Source: an uncultured Tenacibaculum sp. (lineage in GTDB: Bacteria; Bacteroidota; Bacteroidia; Flavobacteriales; Flavobacteriaceae). From it: a stretch of 64,000 nt of DNA. The stretch covers positions 1 to 64,000 of the forward strand of contig NZ_CANMAX010000007.1 of the NCBI RefSeq assembly GCF_947495995.1, in the 5' to 3' direction. The translations under genes were made by a program, and so were the position numbers. The notes beneath the pieces were generated by a model that was not told the DNA's origin, did not search any database, and was given only the letters and a program-made list of their open reading frames with translations. The first letter of the stretch is position 1. Each line of letters begins with the position of its first letter. This document shows, one piece after another, positions 50,169 to 59,630 of the stretch.

Positions 50169-51062
50169 TTATAATTTGTTCTTATTTAGATGTAAGACGA
50201 ATGTCGCATTAAATCCAAAATGGAAATTTCCATCGTGGAAATTGAAATTATTCGTGGTTTGAGTAATGAATGCATCTTCAGCAAAAGTTCGAGCATTGGT
50301 CATGTGAAATTGCAACATTAAATGACTTAATTCCCAATTGACACCTATCATAAAAGGATTGTAAGTTTTAACCGTTTTTACAGGATTGAATACTGAATAA
50401 TATTCTGATACTATCGATACATGTCCTCCTACTTTATAACGTCCTCCAAATCCAATTCCATATTGTGCTCCAGGATTGCCATTCATCGGTTTTTGACTTC
50501 GTGAAATTAAAAACGGACTGACTTGAAGTGATAATTTAGGATTGAATTTTCTGGCGATTAAAACTTTTGAAGTAAAGCTATAATTGCTTGAAGTTGAACT
50601 GCCGCCATATAAACTTTTACTCATCATGTTATCAGTCATAGATACAGTTTGTAAGGCAACAATGCTAAAAGGATTTCCTTTTTTTGTTTGTCTTACAAAT
50701 TTATATTTTAAGTATCCATCTGCAATATCATCCCAAGTACTGTAACCAACACCGATGGCAAAATTATCAGAAATGGCATAATCTAAACCAAAACGCATAT
50801 TTACTTCATCAGCAAGAAAAAACTGAGTTTCTCCATTAGGTCTGTTCCAGTATCTATTATACCAAGAAATTTCTAAAGCTCCTTTTTTACGCATTTCCAC
50901 GGAATGTCCTAAACCGAGTCTGGTTGTTTTAAAAGTAGCCATTTCATATGTAGGATTCTTAGGATATTCTTTGTCTAATTTATCCAAAAGTCCCTGTGCA
51001 TAACTAACAGAATTTACTAGTAATGCTAGAATAAAAGCGAATAATAATTTAGTTATTCTCAT
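50169..51062 (-). CDS. Outer-membrane beta-barrel protein
   Basis: 297 aa with a signal peptide (LLFAFILALLVNSVSYAQ) and alternating hydrophobic dyads. It overlaps the upstream YceI-like gene by 14 nt. Confidence 0.55.
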   Translation of the reverse strand: MRITKLLFAFILALLVNSVSYAQGLLDKLDKEYPKNPTYEMATFKTTRLGLGHSVEMRKKGALEISWYNRYWNRPNGETQFFLADEVNMRFGLDYAISDNFAIGVGYSTWDDIADGYLKYKFVRQTKKGNPFSIVALQTVSMTDNMMSKSLYGGSSTSSNYSFTSKVLIARKFNPKLSLQVSPFLISRSQKPMNGNPGAQYGIGFGGRYKVGGHVSIVSEYYSVFNPVKTVKTYNPFMIGVNWELSHLMLQFHMTNARTFAEDAFITQTTNNFNFHDGNFHFGFNATFVLHLNKNKL

Positions 51063-51594
51063 AAGGTAAATATTGGAAATTAAATTTTACAAGTACAATT
51101 TTAGCGATATTGTTTGATAAAATCGGTGGTATTTTGATATTAAAATCGTGTACCGGAAGGTTGAACTCACCAGTAAGATTATAACTGTCTGGCGTTTTCT
51201 GAATTATCGTTTTTATTTCAATTTCTTTGGTAATTCCATGGATGGTAACTTTACCTTTTATCAATTGAGTTTGCGGACCAGCATTTTCTAATCCTTCAAG
51301 TAAAGTTCCTTCAAAAGTTGCTTTCGGAAAAATATCCGATTCAATATAACTTTCATTAAAGTGTTCGTGCATTAAATCTTTTTTGAAAACAAATGCTCGC
51401 ATTAACATTGTTGCTGCAATCTCTTTTTTATCAAAGTCGAGAATACTTAGTACTTGATTGTTCTTTGCTTCAATATTTTCTACCGAAGCATAAGAGAAAA
51501 AAGTAACCTGACCTTGCCGAGCAATAAATTGTTGTCCTAAAATACCTCCTATCTTAAAAAATGATAAGATTACTAAAAGCCGTAGTTTATTCAT
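51049..51594 (-). CDS. YceI-like periplasmic lipid/polyisoprenoid-binding protein
   Basis: 181 aa with a signal peptide. It resembles the other YceI-like ORFs here (VTFFSYASVENIEAKNNQVLSILDFDKKEI...GKVTIHGITKEIEI). Confidence 0.55.
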   Translation of the reverse strand: MNKLRLLVILSFFKIGGILGQQFIARQGQVTFFSYASVENIEAKNNQVLSILDFDKKEIAATMLMRAFVFKKDLMHEHFNESYIESDIFPKATFEGTLLEGLENAGPQTQLIKGKVTIHGITKEIEIKTIIQKTPDSYNLTGEFNLPVHDFNIKIPPILSNNIAKIVLVKFNFQYLPYENN

Positions 51595-52042
51595 GGTTCC
51601 TGTGTGTAACGATAAAGCAATTTAAAAGGATAACATCTTTTAAATATCCTTTACAAATTCCTTTGATATACAATTGTTGATTTATTTTTAAAGTGTTTAT
51701 ATCGGTTTTTTCTGTATCATCTAAATCACAAATAATATTTATAGCGTTTTTACTTTCAAGAATAATTGTTCTTCGATCGTTTAAGGTTGAAATTTTTTTA
51801 ATCTTACCGTAAACTTCAATAACCTTATCAATGTATTCTTTGTTAGCTAGCTCTTCATTTGTGTTAAACTCATTCGTAAGTTCACTTGTTGAAATTGTAA
51901 ACTCGGGACTAGAATGTTTAATGTTTTTAAATTGATATGATAGCATTGTTTCATACATAATGTAAGCTATCACTAGAAAAACAGCACTTATAAATAAAAA
52001 ACGATATTTTTTAATCATCGTGTTATATTTAATTTCTATCAA
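51587..52042 (-). CDS. Membrane-anchored hypothetical protein (possible OB-fold)
   Basis: 151 aa with an N-terminal TM segment (YRFLFISAVFLVIAYIMY). It overlaps the downstream YceI-like gene by 8 nt. Confidence 0.4.
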   Translation of the reverse strand: MIEIKYNTMIKKYRFLFISAVFLVIAYIMYETMLSYQFKNIKHSSPEFTISTSELTNEFNTNEELANKEYIDKVIEVYGKIKKISTLNDRRTIILESKNAINIICDLDDTEKTDINTLKINQQLYIKGICKGYLKDVILLNCFIVTHRNHE

Positions 52043-52082
52043 AGTAAACTAATTATTTTTATAATTTTAGAATAATTTTGGG

Positions 52083-52114
52083 TGAAAAGGAAAATAGAAC
52101 GATGAAAAGGAAAA
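52083..52114. promoter_or_regulatory. Perfect 12-bp direct repeat TGAAAAGGAAAA x2 with 20-bp periodicity in a divergent promoter; candidate LytTR operator
   Basis: Copies at 52083-52094 and 52103-52114, between the operon start (52042, minus strand) and the LytTR gene start (52147, plus strand). Confidence 0.5.
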
Positions 52115-52146
52115 AATGATGATCAATCATTTTTATATTTGGATCA

Positions 52147-53304
52147 ATGAAAAAAGACAAACTATATTTATTTACTGTTTTATCAATCTCAGTAGTTTTT
52201 TTAATTATCTCTATTATTGGGGCGAAATATTTTATTAAAGCTAGTGCAAATCAGTTAATCGAAGTTCAAGTAGAAACGAGTAAGCGTGAAGCAAATGAGA
52301 TTGCGAGCATAATCGATTTCCAATTATCAAACAATTTAAACAAGGAAGCTGTTTTAGAAAACCTTCAAACTACAATAACAGGAACAAATTCTAATGCTTG
52401 GTTTATTTCTGTATTAGATTGGTCGGGAAAAAAAGTTTGTTATCCAGATAAAACGAAGTTAGGGGAAATCGAGAAATCGAATTCTAATTTATTACAATCG
52501 TTAAAAGAAAAGAATAATTCTGAAGATTTGTATGATATTCTTGTCTCAAACAGATCAGAAGAACAAGGGAAAGAATATGTAGAGGTAATTCATACTGCTC
52601 CAGTAAAAAGCACAGATTTATTAATTGCAGCGAATGTTAATGTATCTAGTATCGATAAACAATTGCAACAACTAAAACGTAACTTTTACTTAATTTTCTT
52701 GTTAATGGGAATTTTAGTGATTGTACTTTCTTCAGTTGCGGTTCGAATTATTGGAAGTAAATATGAAAAACACTTAGAAGAGAAATATACATCACTAGAA
52801 TCGGAAGTAATTAACTTATCAAAACTAAATACAGATTTAGTCAATTATAAAGAGAAAAAAGAGAAGGATTTAGACGAACAAGCTAAGATAGAAGCAGCTG
52901 CAGTTGTTGAGGAAGAAATAGTAGAAGAAACGACAGACAGTAAAACTTCTGAAGTTGTAGAACCAAATAGAAAAAGGATTTTGACGTATATGCGTAATGA
53001 GCTAGTTCCTGTTTTAATTAATGAGATTGCTTATGTATATACCGAAAATACGATCACTTATGTTGTAAATTTCGATGGAAAGAAATCTACATCTAATGCA
53101 AGTTTAGATGATATGTATACTAATTTCGATCCTACTTTATTCTTTAGAGCAAATCGACAGTACATTATCAGCATATCCGCTATTGATAAGATTATTAAAT
53201 ACGGAAAGAGTCAATTAAAGATTGTCTTAAACTCTAATGTAAACGAAGAAATTATCATTAGTAAGAATAAAGCTGCTGAATTTAAGCAGTGGTTGAATAT
53301 GTAG
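52147..53304 (+). CDS. Membrane-embedded one-component regulator: TM, extracytoplasmic domain, TM, coiled coil, C-terminal LytTR DNA-binding domain
   Basis: 385 aa with TM1 (LYLFTVLSISVVFLIISIIGA) and TM2 (FYLIFLLMGILVIVLSSVAV). The C-terminal 100 aa carry the LytTR signature (LFFRANRQYIISISAIDKI). Confidence 0.7.
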   Translation: MKKDKLYLFTVLSISVVFLIISIIGAKYFIKASANQLIEVQVETSKREANEIASIIDFQLSNNLNKEAVLENLQTTITGTNSNAWFISVLDWSGKKVCYPDKTKLGEIEKSNSNLLQSLKEKNNSEDLYDILVSNRSEEQGKEYVEVIHTAPVKSTDLLIAANVNVSSIDKQLQQLKRNFYLIFLLMGILVIVLSSVAVRIIGSKYEKHLEEKYTSLESEVINLSKLNTDLVNYKEKKEKDLDEQAKIEAAAVVEEEIVEETTDSKTSEVVEPNRKRILTYMRNELVPVLINEIAYVYTENTITYVVNFDGKKSTSNASLDDMYTNFDPTLFFRANRQYIISISAIDKIIKYGKSQLKIVLNSNVNEEIIISKNKAAEFKQWLNM

Positions 53305-53343
53305 TTTGAAAAGTGTTGATAACAACTTAAACTAAGAAAAAAA

Positions 53344-53817
53344 TTGAAAAGAAAAGAGACGGATTTTATTAATATTTTAGGAATAGGTGTTTTTGCATTT
53401 TTTTCAATACTTGAATTTTGTGGATCACTTGATTATTTTTTTAAGAACCTTCTTATAATAAATGAAGCTGATTCAAAAATGATCCTATGGCTTCCTGAAA
53501 TAATTGATCTTATAGTATTTGTAATTTTAGTAGTTTGGATGATAAACAAGTATATAAATCCACCTGAAATTAATACTCGAAAAGTTCTTACTAAACTAAT
53601 AGGTATATTTTTTGGAATAATTATCCTTCAATTCTTATTTACATATTATGGAACTTATTATTTAATGGAAAAATATTCATCAGAATTCGATTTATATATT
53701 GAAGGTGTAAAAGATAATTATGAGCTACAAAGTTATATAGCTTTTATCCCAATTCTGAAGTATATGATTTTTGCCGTAATACTTTTAACTAAAAGAGCTG
53801 CTAATAATAATGTTTAA
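53344..53817 (+). CDS. Hypothetical polytopic membrane protein
   Basis: 157 aa with 4 predicted TM helices. Confidence 0.4.
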   Translation: MKRKETDFINILGIGVFAFFSILEFCGSLDYFFKNLLIINEADSKMILWLPEIIDLIVFVILVVWMINKYINPPEINTRKVLTKLIGIFFGIIILQFLFTYYGTYYLMEKYSSEFDLYIEGVKDNYELQSYIAFIPILKYMIFAVILLTKRAANNNV

Positions 53818-54156
53818 TTATATTTAAAGCAAAGCCAATTATTTCTTCGTACTAATGTGCAGTAATACACAGATAATTTTCACTTCCTTCTAAACCTTTT
53901 TTTTCCTCTTTAGCAAGTGTTTTTCACCTTTCACAAAGTTTAATAGCTTGTTATTACTAGCTTCTTTGGTTATTTGTACCAGAGTTGAAAAGTAAAACAC
54001 AACAAACAAGTATATCTTATTCTAGAGTTTTCTTCAATAGAAATAAAGCAGAAATATCTATGACTGACGATTGAGAAAATACTATTTACCAGCTCTACAA
54101 TAACACTCAAAATAGTTTAAGTTAAACCAAGTTTCTTTATATTCCAAGGATAGGAT

Positions 54157-54187
54157 AGTGCCGACCCAGCACTGTCCTTTTTTTATA
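54157..54187 (+). terminator. Strong intrinsic terminator about 340 nt downstream of the nearest CDS
   Basis: GGATAGTGCcgacccaGCACTGTCCTTTTTTTT: a 9-bp stem with one G.U pair, a 7-nt loop and a U8 tract. Confidence 0.75.
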
Positions 54188-54244
54188 TCTTCAATTAATC
54201 TTTGAATTGCTTTAGCTAAAACTTTTATAATCCTGAAATTACCG

Positions 54245-54252
54245 TAAATTTG
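54245..54252 (+). promoter_or_regulatory. -7 promoter element TAAATTTG for leuS
   Basis: Lies about 48 nt upstream of the ATG at 54301. Confidence 0.4.
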
Positions 54253-54300
54253 TAGCTTGAATTACGTCATTTCTTGTAATGACAAGAATAAAATTAAACA

Positions 54301-57123
54301 ATGCAATACAATCACCAAGAGATCGAAAAAAAGTGGCAAGAGTATTGGGCAAAAAACCAAACTTTTAAAGCTAGTAACACTTCCGATAAACCCAAATATT
54401 ACGTGTTAGATATGTTTCCTTACCCATCCGGAGCAGGGTTACATGTTGGACATCCATTGGGATATATCGCAAGTGATATTTATGCGCGTTACAAACGTCA
54501 TAAAGGATTTAATGTATTGCACCCACAAGGTTACGATTCTTTCGGATTACCTGCAGAGCAGTATGCAATTCAAACAGGTCAGCATCCTGCAATAACCACA
54601 GAAACTAATATTAAAACATATCGCGGACAGTTAGATAAAATCGGATTTTCATTCGATTGGTCTCGTGAAGTTCGTACATCAAACCCGGAATATTATAAAT
54701 GGACACAGTGGATTTTTATCCAATTGTTCAATTCTTGGTATAATAAAGATTCAGATAAAGCAGAAGATGTAAGTACATTAATTGCAAAGTTTGAAGCTGA
54801 AGGAAATACAACTGTAAATGCAGTTTGTGATGAAGATATCATTACGTTTACTGCTGACGAGTGGAACGGTTTTTCTTCAACAAAACAACAAGAAATTTTA
54901 TTACAATACCGTTTAACATTTTTATCTGATACAGAAGTAAACTGGTGTCCAGCTTTAGGAACAGTTTTAGCAAATGATGAAATTGTAAACGGAGTTTCAG
55001 AACGTGGAGGTCATCCTGTTGTTCGTAAAAAAATGACACAATGGTCGATGCGAATTTCTGCGTATGCACAGCGTTTATTAGATGGATTAAATGGAATTGA
55101 TTGGCCACAGCCGTTAAAAGATATTCAAACTAATTGGATTGGTCGTTCGCAAGGAGCAATGGTGTCTTTTAAAGTTGATGGAAACGATGCTAATATCGAT
55201 GTGTTTACTACGCGTCCTGATACGATTTACGGAGTAAGTTTTATGACGTTAGCTCCAGAACATGAATTAGTAGCAAAAATTACTACTGATGCACAACGTG
55301 AAGCAGTAGAGACTTATGTTGAAGCTACGGCAAAACGTTCAGAAAGAGATCGTATGGCTGATGTTAAAACAATTTCTGGAGTTTTTACAGGAGCATATGC
55401 AATCCATCCTTTTTCTGGAAAACAAGTACCAATTTGGATTGGTGATTATGTGTTAGCAAGCTACGGAACTGGTGCTGTAATGGCAGTTCCTTGTGGTGAC
55501 CAACGTGATTACGATTTTGCAAAGCATTTCGATTTAGAGATTCCAAATATTTTTGAAGGTGTTGATATTTCTGAAGAAGCTTTTGCTGATAAAGAAAAGT
55601 CTGTTATTGCGAATTCTGATTTCTTAAATGGTTTACCATACAAGAAAGCGATGAAAACTGTAATCTATGAAATGGAACAACGTGGATTTGGTTACGGAAA
55701 AATAAACTATCGTTTACGTGATGCAGTATTTAGTCGTCAACGTTATTGGGGAGAACCATTCCCAGTTTATTACAAAGACGGAATGCCTCAGATGATTGAG
55801 AAGCAACATTTACCTGTTGTTTTACCAGAAGTTGAAAAGTATTTACCAACAGAAGATGGTAAACCACCATTAGGAAATGCTGATGTTTGGGCTTGGGATA
55901 CAACTACTAATACTGTTGTTTCAAATGATAAAATAGATAATGAAACCGTATTTCCATTAGAACTAAATACAATGCCAGGTTGGGCAGGAAGTTCTTGGTA
56001 TTTTAACCGTTATATGGATGCTACAAATGATGGTGATTTTGTGAGCGCAGCAGCGGTTGAGTATTGGAAAGAAGTTGATTTATATATCGGAGGTTCTGAA
56101 CATGCAACAGGACACTTATTATATGCACGTTTTTGGCAAAAGTTCTTATTCGATTTAGGTTTGGTTCCTGTTGATGAATTTGCAAAGAAATTAATCAATC
56201 AAGGAATGATCTTAGGAACTTCTGCTATCGTATACAGAGTTGCTGGAACAAACAAATATGTGTCTTTAGGTCTTAAAGACAATTATAAAGCTGATGAATT
56301 ACAGGAATTACGTGTAGATGTAAAATTAATTAATTCTTCAGATGAGTTAAATTTAGAAGGATTAAAGAATTGGCAACCACAATATGCTGATGCTGAATTT
56401 GAGTTAGAAGACGGAAAATACATCGTAGGCCGTGAGGTTGAAAAAATGTCTAAACGTTGGTTTAATGTTGTAAATCCTGATGATATTTGTGAAGAATACG
56501 GAGCAGATAGTTTACGTTTATTCGAAATGTTCTTAGGACCTTTAGAGCAATTTAAACCTTGGAAAACCTCCGGTATTTCTGGAGTGTATTCTTTCTTAAA
56601 GAAACTTTGGAAGTTATTCCACAACGGAGAAAACTTTGAAGTTTCAGAAGGTGAACCAACTAAAGACAACTTAAAAACATTACATAAAACAATTAAGAAA
56701 GTAGAAGAAGATATTGAGAATTTCTCTTTCAATACTTCAGTTTCTACATTCATGATTGCGGTTAATGAGTTAACTGCTCAAAAATGTAATAACAAAGCAA
56801 TTTTAGAAGAGTTATTAATCTTAGTTTCTCCTTATGCACCACATATTGCAGAAGAATTATGGAGTGAATTAGGTCATGAAAACTCGATTGCTTTTGCTGC
56901 TTTCCCTCAGTTTGATGGAAAACACTTGATAGAGTCTGAAAAAGAATATCCAATTTCTTTTAATGGGAAAATGCGTTTCAAGCTAAAGTTACCATTAGAC
57001 ATGTCGAAAGAAGATATTGAAAAAACAGTAATGGCTCACGAAAAAACACAAGAACAATTACAAGGTCGTACACCTAAAAAGGTGATTATCGTACCTGGAA
57101 AGATTATCAATATCGTAGGATAA
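54301..57123 (+). CDS. leuS: Leucine--tRNA ligase
   Basis: 940 aa with HIGH (PYPSGAGLHVGHP) and KMSKS (VEKMSKRWFNVV) motifs and a CP1 editing insertion. Confidence 0.95.
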   Translation: MQYNHQEIEKKWQEYWAKNQTFKASNTSDKPKYYVLDMFPYPSGAGLHVGHPLGYIASDIYARYKRHKGFNVLHPQGYDSFGLPAEQYAIQTGQHPAITTETNIKTYRGQLDKIGFSFDWSREVRTSNPEYYKWTQWIFIQLFNSWYNKDSDKAEDVSTLIAKFEAEGNTTVNAVCDEDIITFTADEWNGFSSTKQQEILLQYRLTFLSDTEVNWCPALGTVLANDEIVNGVSERGGHPVVRKKMTQWSMRISAYAQRLLDGLNGIDWPQPLKDIQTNWIGRSQGAMVSFKVDGNDANIDVFTTRPDTIYGVSFMTLAPEHELVAKITTDAQREAVETYVEATAKRSERDRMADVKTISGVFTGAYAIHPFSGKQVPIWIGDYVLASYGTGAVMAVPCGDQRDYDFAKHFDLEIPNIFEGVDISEEAFADKEKSVIANSDFLNGLPYKKAMKTVIYEMEQRGFGYGKINYRLRDAVFSRQRYWGEPFPVYYKDGMPQMIEKQHLPVVLPEVEKYLPTEDGKPPLGNADVWAWDTTTNTVVSNDKIDNETVFPLELNTMPGWAGSSWYFNRYMDATNDGDFVSAAAVEYWKEVDLYIGGSEHATGHLLYARFWQKFLFDLGLVPVDEFAKKLINQGMILGTSAIVYRVAGTNKYVSLGLKDNYKADELQELRVDVKLINSSDELNLEGLKNWQPQYADAEFELEDGKYIVGREVEKMSKRWFNVVNPDDICEEYGADSLRLFEMFLGPLEQFKPWKTSGISGVYSFLKKLWKLFHNGENFEVSEGEPTKDNLKTLHKTIKKVEEDIENFSFNTSVSTFMIAVNELTAQKCNNKAILEELLILVSPYAPHIAEELWSELGHENSIAFAAFPQFDGKHLIESEKEYPISFNGKMRFKLKLPLDMSKEDIEKTVMAHEKTQEQLQGRTPKKVIIVPGKIINIVG

Positions 57124-57133
57124 TTTAATCATA

Positions 57134-57174
57134 AATGGATATTTACTGAGCTTTAGTAAATATCCATTTTTTTG
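57134..57174 (+). terminator. Intrinsic terminator after leuS
   Basis: ATGGATATTTACTgagctttAGTAAATATCCATTTTTTTG. Confidence 0.85.
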
Positions 57175-57292
57175 TGTGTTTTTATAAGTTTTTTTCTTGT
57201 AAATTGATTTTTTGTTAAAAAATCACTATATTATTAATCAATTTATTAAGTTTTTATTATTTGTAATAAGCTTAATTTTAAAGGTTTACAAG

Positions 57293-57826
57293 ATGAAAAA
57301 ATTAATCCCCTTAATGATCGTTTTCTTGAGTGCCTTTCAAATTCACTCACAAAAGTTAACTCAAGATGTATCGAAAACTACCGTTGTATTTAAAATTAAA
57401 TATTTTGGAGCTTATGTAGATGCTTTATTTACTAAAGTAGATATTGATGGCAATTTTGATCAGAATGATTTGAAATCTAGTTTCTTAAATGCTACGATAG
57501 ATGTAAATTCATTCGATACCAACAACTCGTACCGAAATAAAATTTTATCAAAAGATTACTTCGACGTTAAAAATTATCCAACAATTACATTAAAGTCTAG
57601 CGCGATAGAAAAAGTCGCAACCAATTTGTACAATCTTAAAGCAGATTTAAATATTAAAGGAATTACAAAATCTGTAACACTACCTTTAATCGTTTCTGAA
57701 AATGGAAATAAGATTAGTATTAAATCAGGCTTTACAATTGATAGACTAGATTATAAAGTAGGAAAAAGTAGTCTTCTATTGTCTAGAAAAGTAATTACCA
57801 ACGTGAATTTCTTAGCGGTTAAGTAA
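57293..57826 (+). CDS. YceI-like secreted lipid-binding protein, paralog A
   Basis: Start trimmed to MKKLIPLMIVFLSAFQIHSQ. It has the YceI pattern VVFKIKYFGAYVDALFTKVDIDGNFD...LKADLNIKGITKSVTLPL...IDRLDYKVG. Confidence 0.7.
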   Translation: MKKLIPLMIVFLSAFQIHSQKLTQDVSKTTVVFKIKYFGAYVDALFTKVDIDGNFDQNDLKSSFLNATIDVNSFDTNNSYRNKILSKDYFDVKNYPTITLKSSAIEKVATNLYNLKADLNIKGITKSVTLPLIVSENGNKISIKSGFTIDRLDYKVGKSSLLLSRKVITNVNFLAVK

Positions 57827-57976
57827 ACTACGGTAACGGTTATATGTAAAAATTATCAATCTTAAATTGATAAATCCAATATCTTAAAGTTTAGTTATTA
57901 TAACGTAACGACACTTAAAAGAGTTGTAATTTTTCTTATCTTCAATGCAGTTAAATCCAAATGAATTTACTCCAAG

Positions 57977-58513
57977 ATGAATAAGTTAATTTTACTTGCT
58001 TTTCTAAGTGTTACTACTTGGAATCTTTCCGCTCAAAAGTTTGTTCAAGATCAATCTGCGACCAAAGTAATGTTCAAAATCAAAAATTTTGGATCTTATG
58101 TAGATTGCATGTTTTCTAAAGTTGATTTTGATGTAAAGTTCGACAAGAACGATTTAGCTAATAGTTATATCAATACAACCATAGCTGTATCTTCCGTAGA
58201 AACAAAAAACAAGTCAAGAGATAAAAGTTTGGCTAAGAAAAAATACTTCAATATTGCAGAATATCCTAACATTACTTTAAAGTCTACTAAGATTGAAATG
58301 GTAGAAACTAATCTCTATAACTTAACTGGAAATCTAACAATTAAAGGAACTACTAAGTCAATTACAATACCAATTAAATTATCTGAAAAAGGAAATAAAC
58401 TAAGCATTAATTCAGATTTTAGTATCGATAGGTTAGATTATAACGTAGGAAAAAGCAGCTTAATTTTATCAAAAAAAGTAATAGCTAAAGTAAACTATCT
58501 TGGTACAAAATAA
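57977..58513 (+). CDS. YceI-like secreted lipid-binding protein, paralog B
   Basis: 178 aa and collinear with paralog A. Its stop overlaps the start of the FAD oxidoreductase by 14 nt. Confidence 0.7.
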   Translation: MNKLILLAFLSVTTWNLSAQKFVQDQSATKVMFKIKNFGSYVDCMFSKVDFDVKFDKNDLANSYINTTIAVSSVETKNKSRDKSLAKKKYFNIAEYPNITLKSTKIEMVETNLYNLTGNLTIKGTTKSITIPIKLSEKGNKLSINSDFSIDRLDYNVGKSSLILSKKVIAKVNYLGTK

Positions 58514-59630
58514 GGTAGTTATTGTTGGTGGAGGTTTAGCAGGTTTGGTGAGTGCTATTCATCTTGCTAAAAAAGGAATATCGGTAACAGTTATTGAAAA
58601 AAATACATATCCGAAGCATAAAGTTTGTGGAGAATATATCTCAAATGAGGTTTTACCTTATTTACAATCCTTAGGTTTCGATCCGCTTCAGTTTCAAGCT
58701 AAAGAAATTACCGATTTTACATTATCGACTTCCAGTAACACTACCATAAAAACAAAACTTCCCTTGGGTGGTTTTGGAATTAGCAGATACACATTAGATT
58801 ATGAATTAGCAAAACTCGCTAAGCAAAATGGAGTTGAAATTATTCACGATTATGTGAGTCAAATTGACTTTCAGAATGAAATCTTCACGATAACCACAAA
58901 AAGTAACAAAACCTTTACAGCAGATATTGTTATTGGAGCTTATGGAAAGCGTTCTAATATTGATATTAGTTTAAAGCGTTCTTTTATTCAACAGAAATCA
59001 CCTTTTTTGGCAGTAAAAGCACATTACAAAGGAGAATTTCCAGAGGATAAAGTTTCATTATACAATTTTAAAGGAGGATATTGTGGAGTTTCTAAAGTAG
59101 AAAACGATCATATTAATGTTTGTTATATCACAAGTTATGATGCTTTTAAAAAGTATACAGATATTGATGAATTTCAAAATAAAGTCCTTTTACAAAATAA
59201 ACAACTACAAGAAATTATAGGGAACTCTAAATTAATGTTTCCAAGTCCGTTAACCATAAGTCAGATTTCTTTTGCTGAAAAGCAACCTGTAGAAAATCAC
59301 ATGCTGATGTGTGGTGATACTGCAGGAATGATTCATCCACTTTGTGGAAACGGAATGGCTATGGCAATTCATTCCGCACAAATAGCTTCAGAAATTATCA
59401 TACAATATTTCAATAAAGAGATTTCAACAAGAAAAGAGCTTGAAGAAATATATACTCGAGAATGGAAGAAAGCTTTTAATAAGCGTTTACGAATGGGAAG
59501 AAAACTTGCTGCTTTGTTTAATATGGATTTCTTTTCGGAAATGATTACCTTAGGCTTACGACTATTTCCATGGATTTTACCCATCATTATTAAAAAAACA
59601 CATGGGAAATACCTCAAACCAATACAATGA
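58500..59630 (+). CDS. FAD-dependent oxidoreductase (geranylgeranyl-reductase/flavin monooxygenase-like)
   Basis: 376 aa with the dinucleotide fold VVIVGGGLAGLVSAIHLAKKGISVTVIEK and the GD motif (MCGDTAGMIHPLCGNGM). Confidence 0.75.
   Translation: MVQNKVVIVGGGLAGLVSAIHLAKKGISVTVIEKNTYPKHKVCGEYISNEVLPYLQSLGFDPLQFQAKEITDFTLSTSSNTTIKTKLPLGGFGISRYTLDYELAKLAKQNGVEIIHDYVSQIDFQNEIFTITTKSNKTFTADIVIGAYGKRSNIDISLKRSFIQQKSPFLAVKAHYKGEFPEDKVSLYNFKGGYCGVSKVENDHINVCYITSYDAFKKYTDIDEFQNKVLLQNKQLQEIIGNSKLMFPSPLTISQISFAEKQPVENHMLMCGDTAGMIHPLCGNGMAMAIHSAQIASEIIIQYFNKEISTRKELEEIYTREWKKAFNKRLRMGRKLAALFNMDFFSEMITLGLRLFPWILPIIIKKTHGKYLKPIQ

Noticed and set aside
52101-52118. Mini-ORF ATG AAA AGG AAA AAA TGA (MKRKK) inside the direct repeat
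   Set aside because: It is a trivial by-product of the A/G-rich repeat and better explained as an operator element.
54157-54187. Assigning the terminator at 54157-54187 to leuS regulation (for example a T-box or attenuator)
   Set aside because: I found no T-box specifier or antiterminator structure. The leuS -7 box lies downstream of the terminator, so it more likely ends an upstream transcript.
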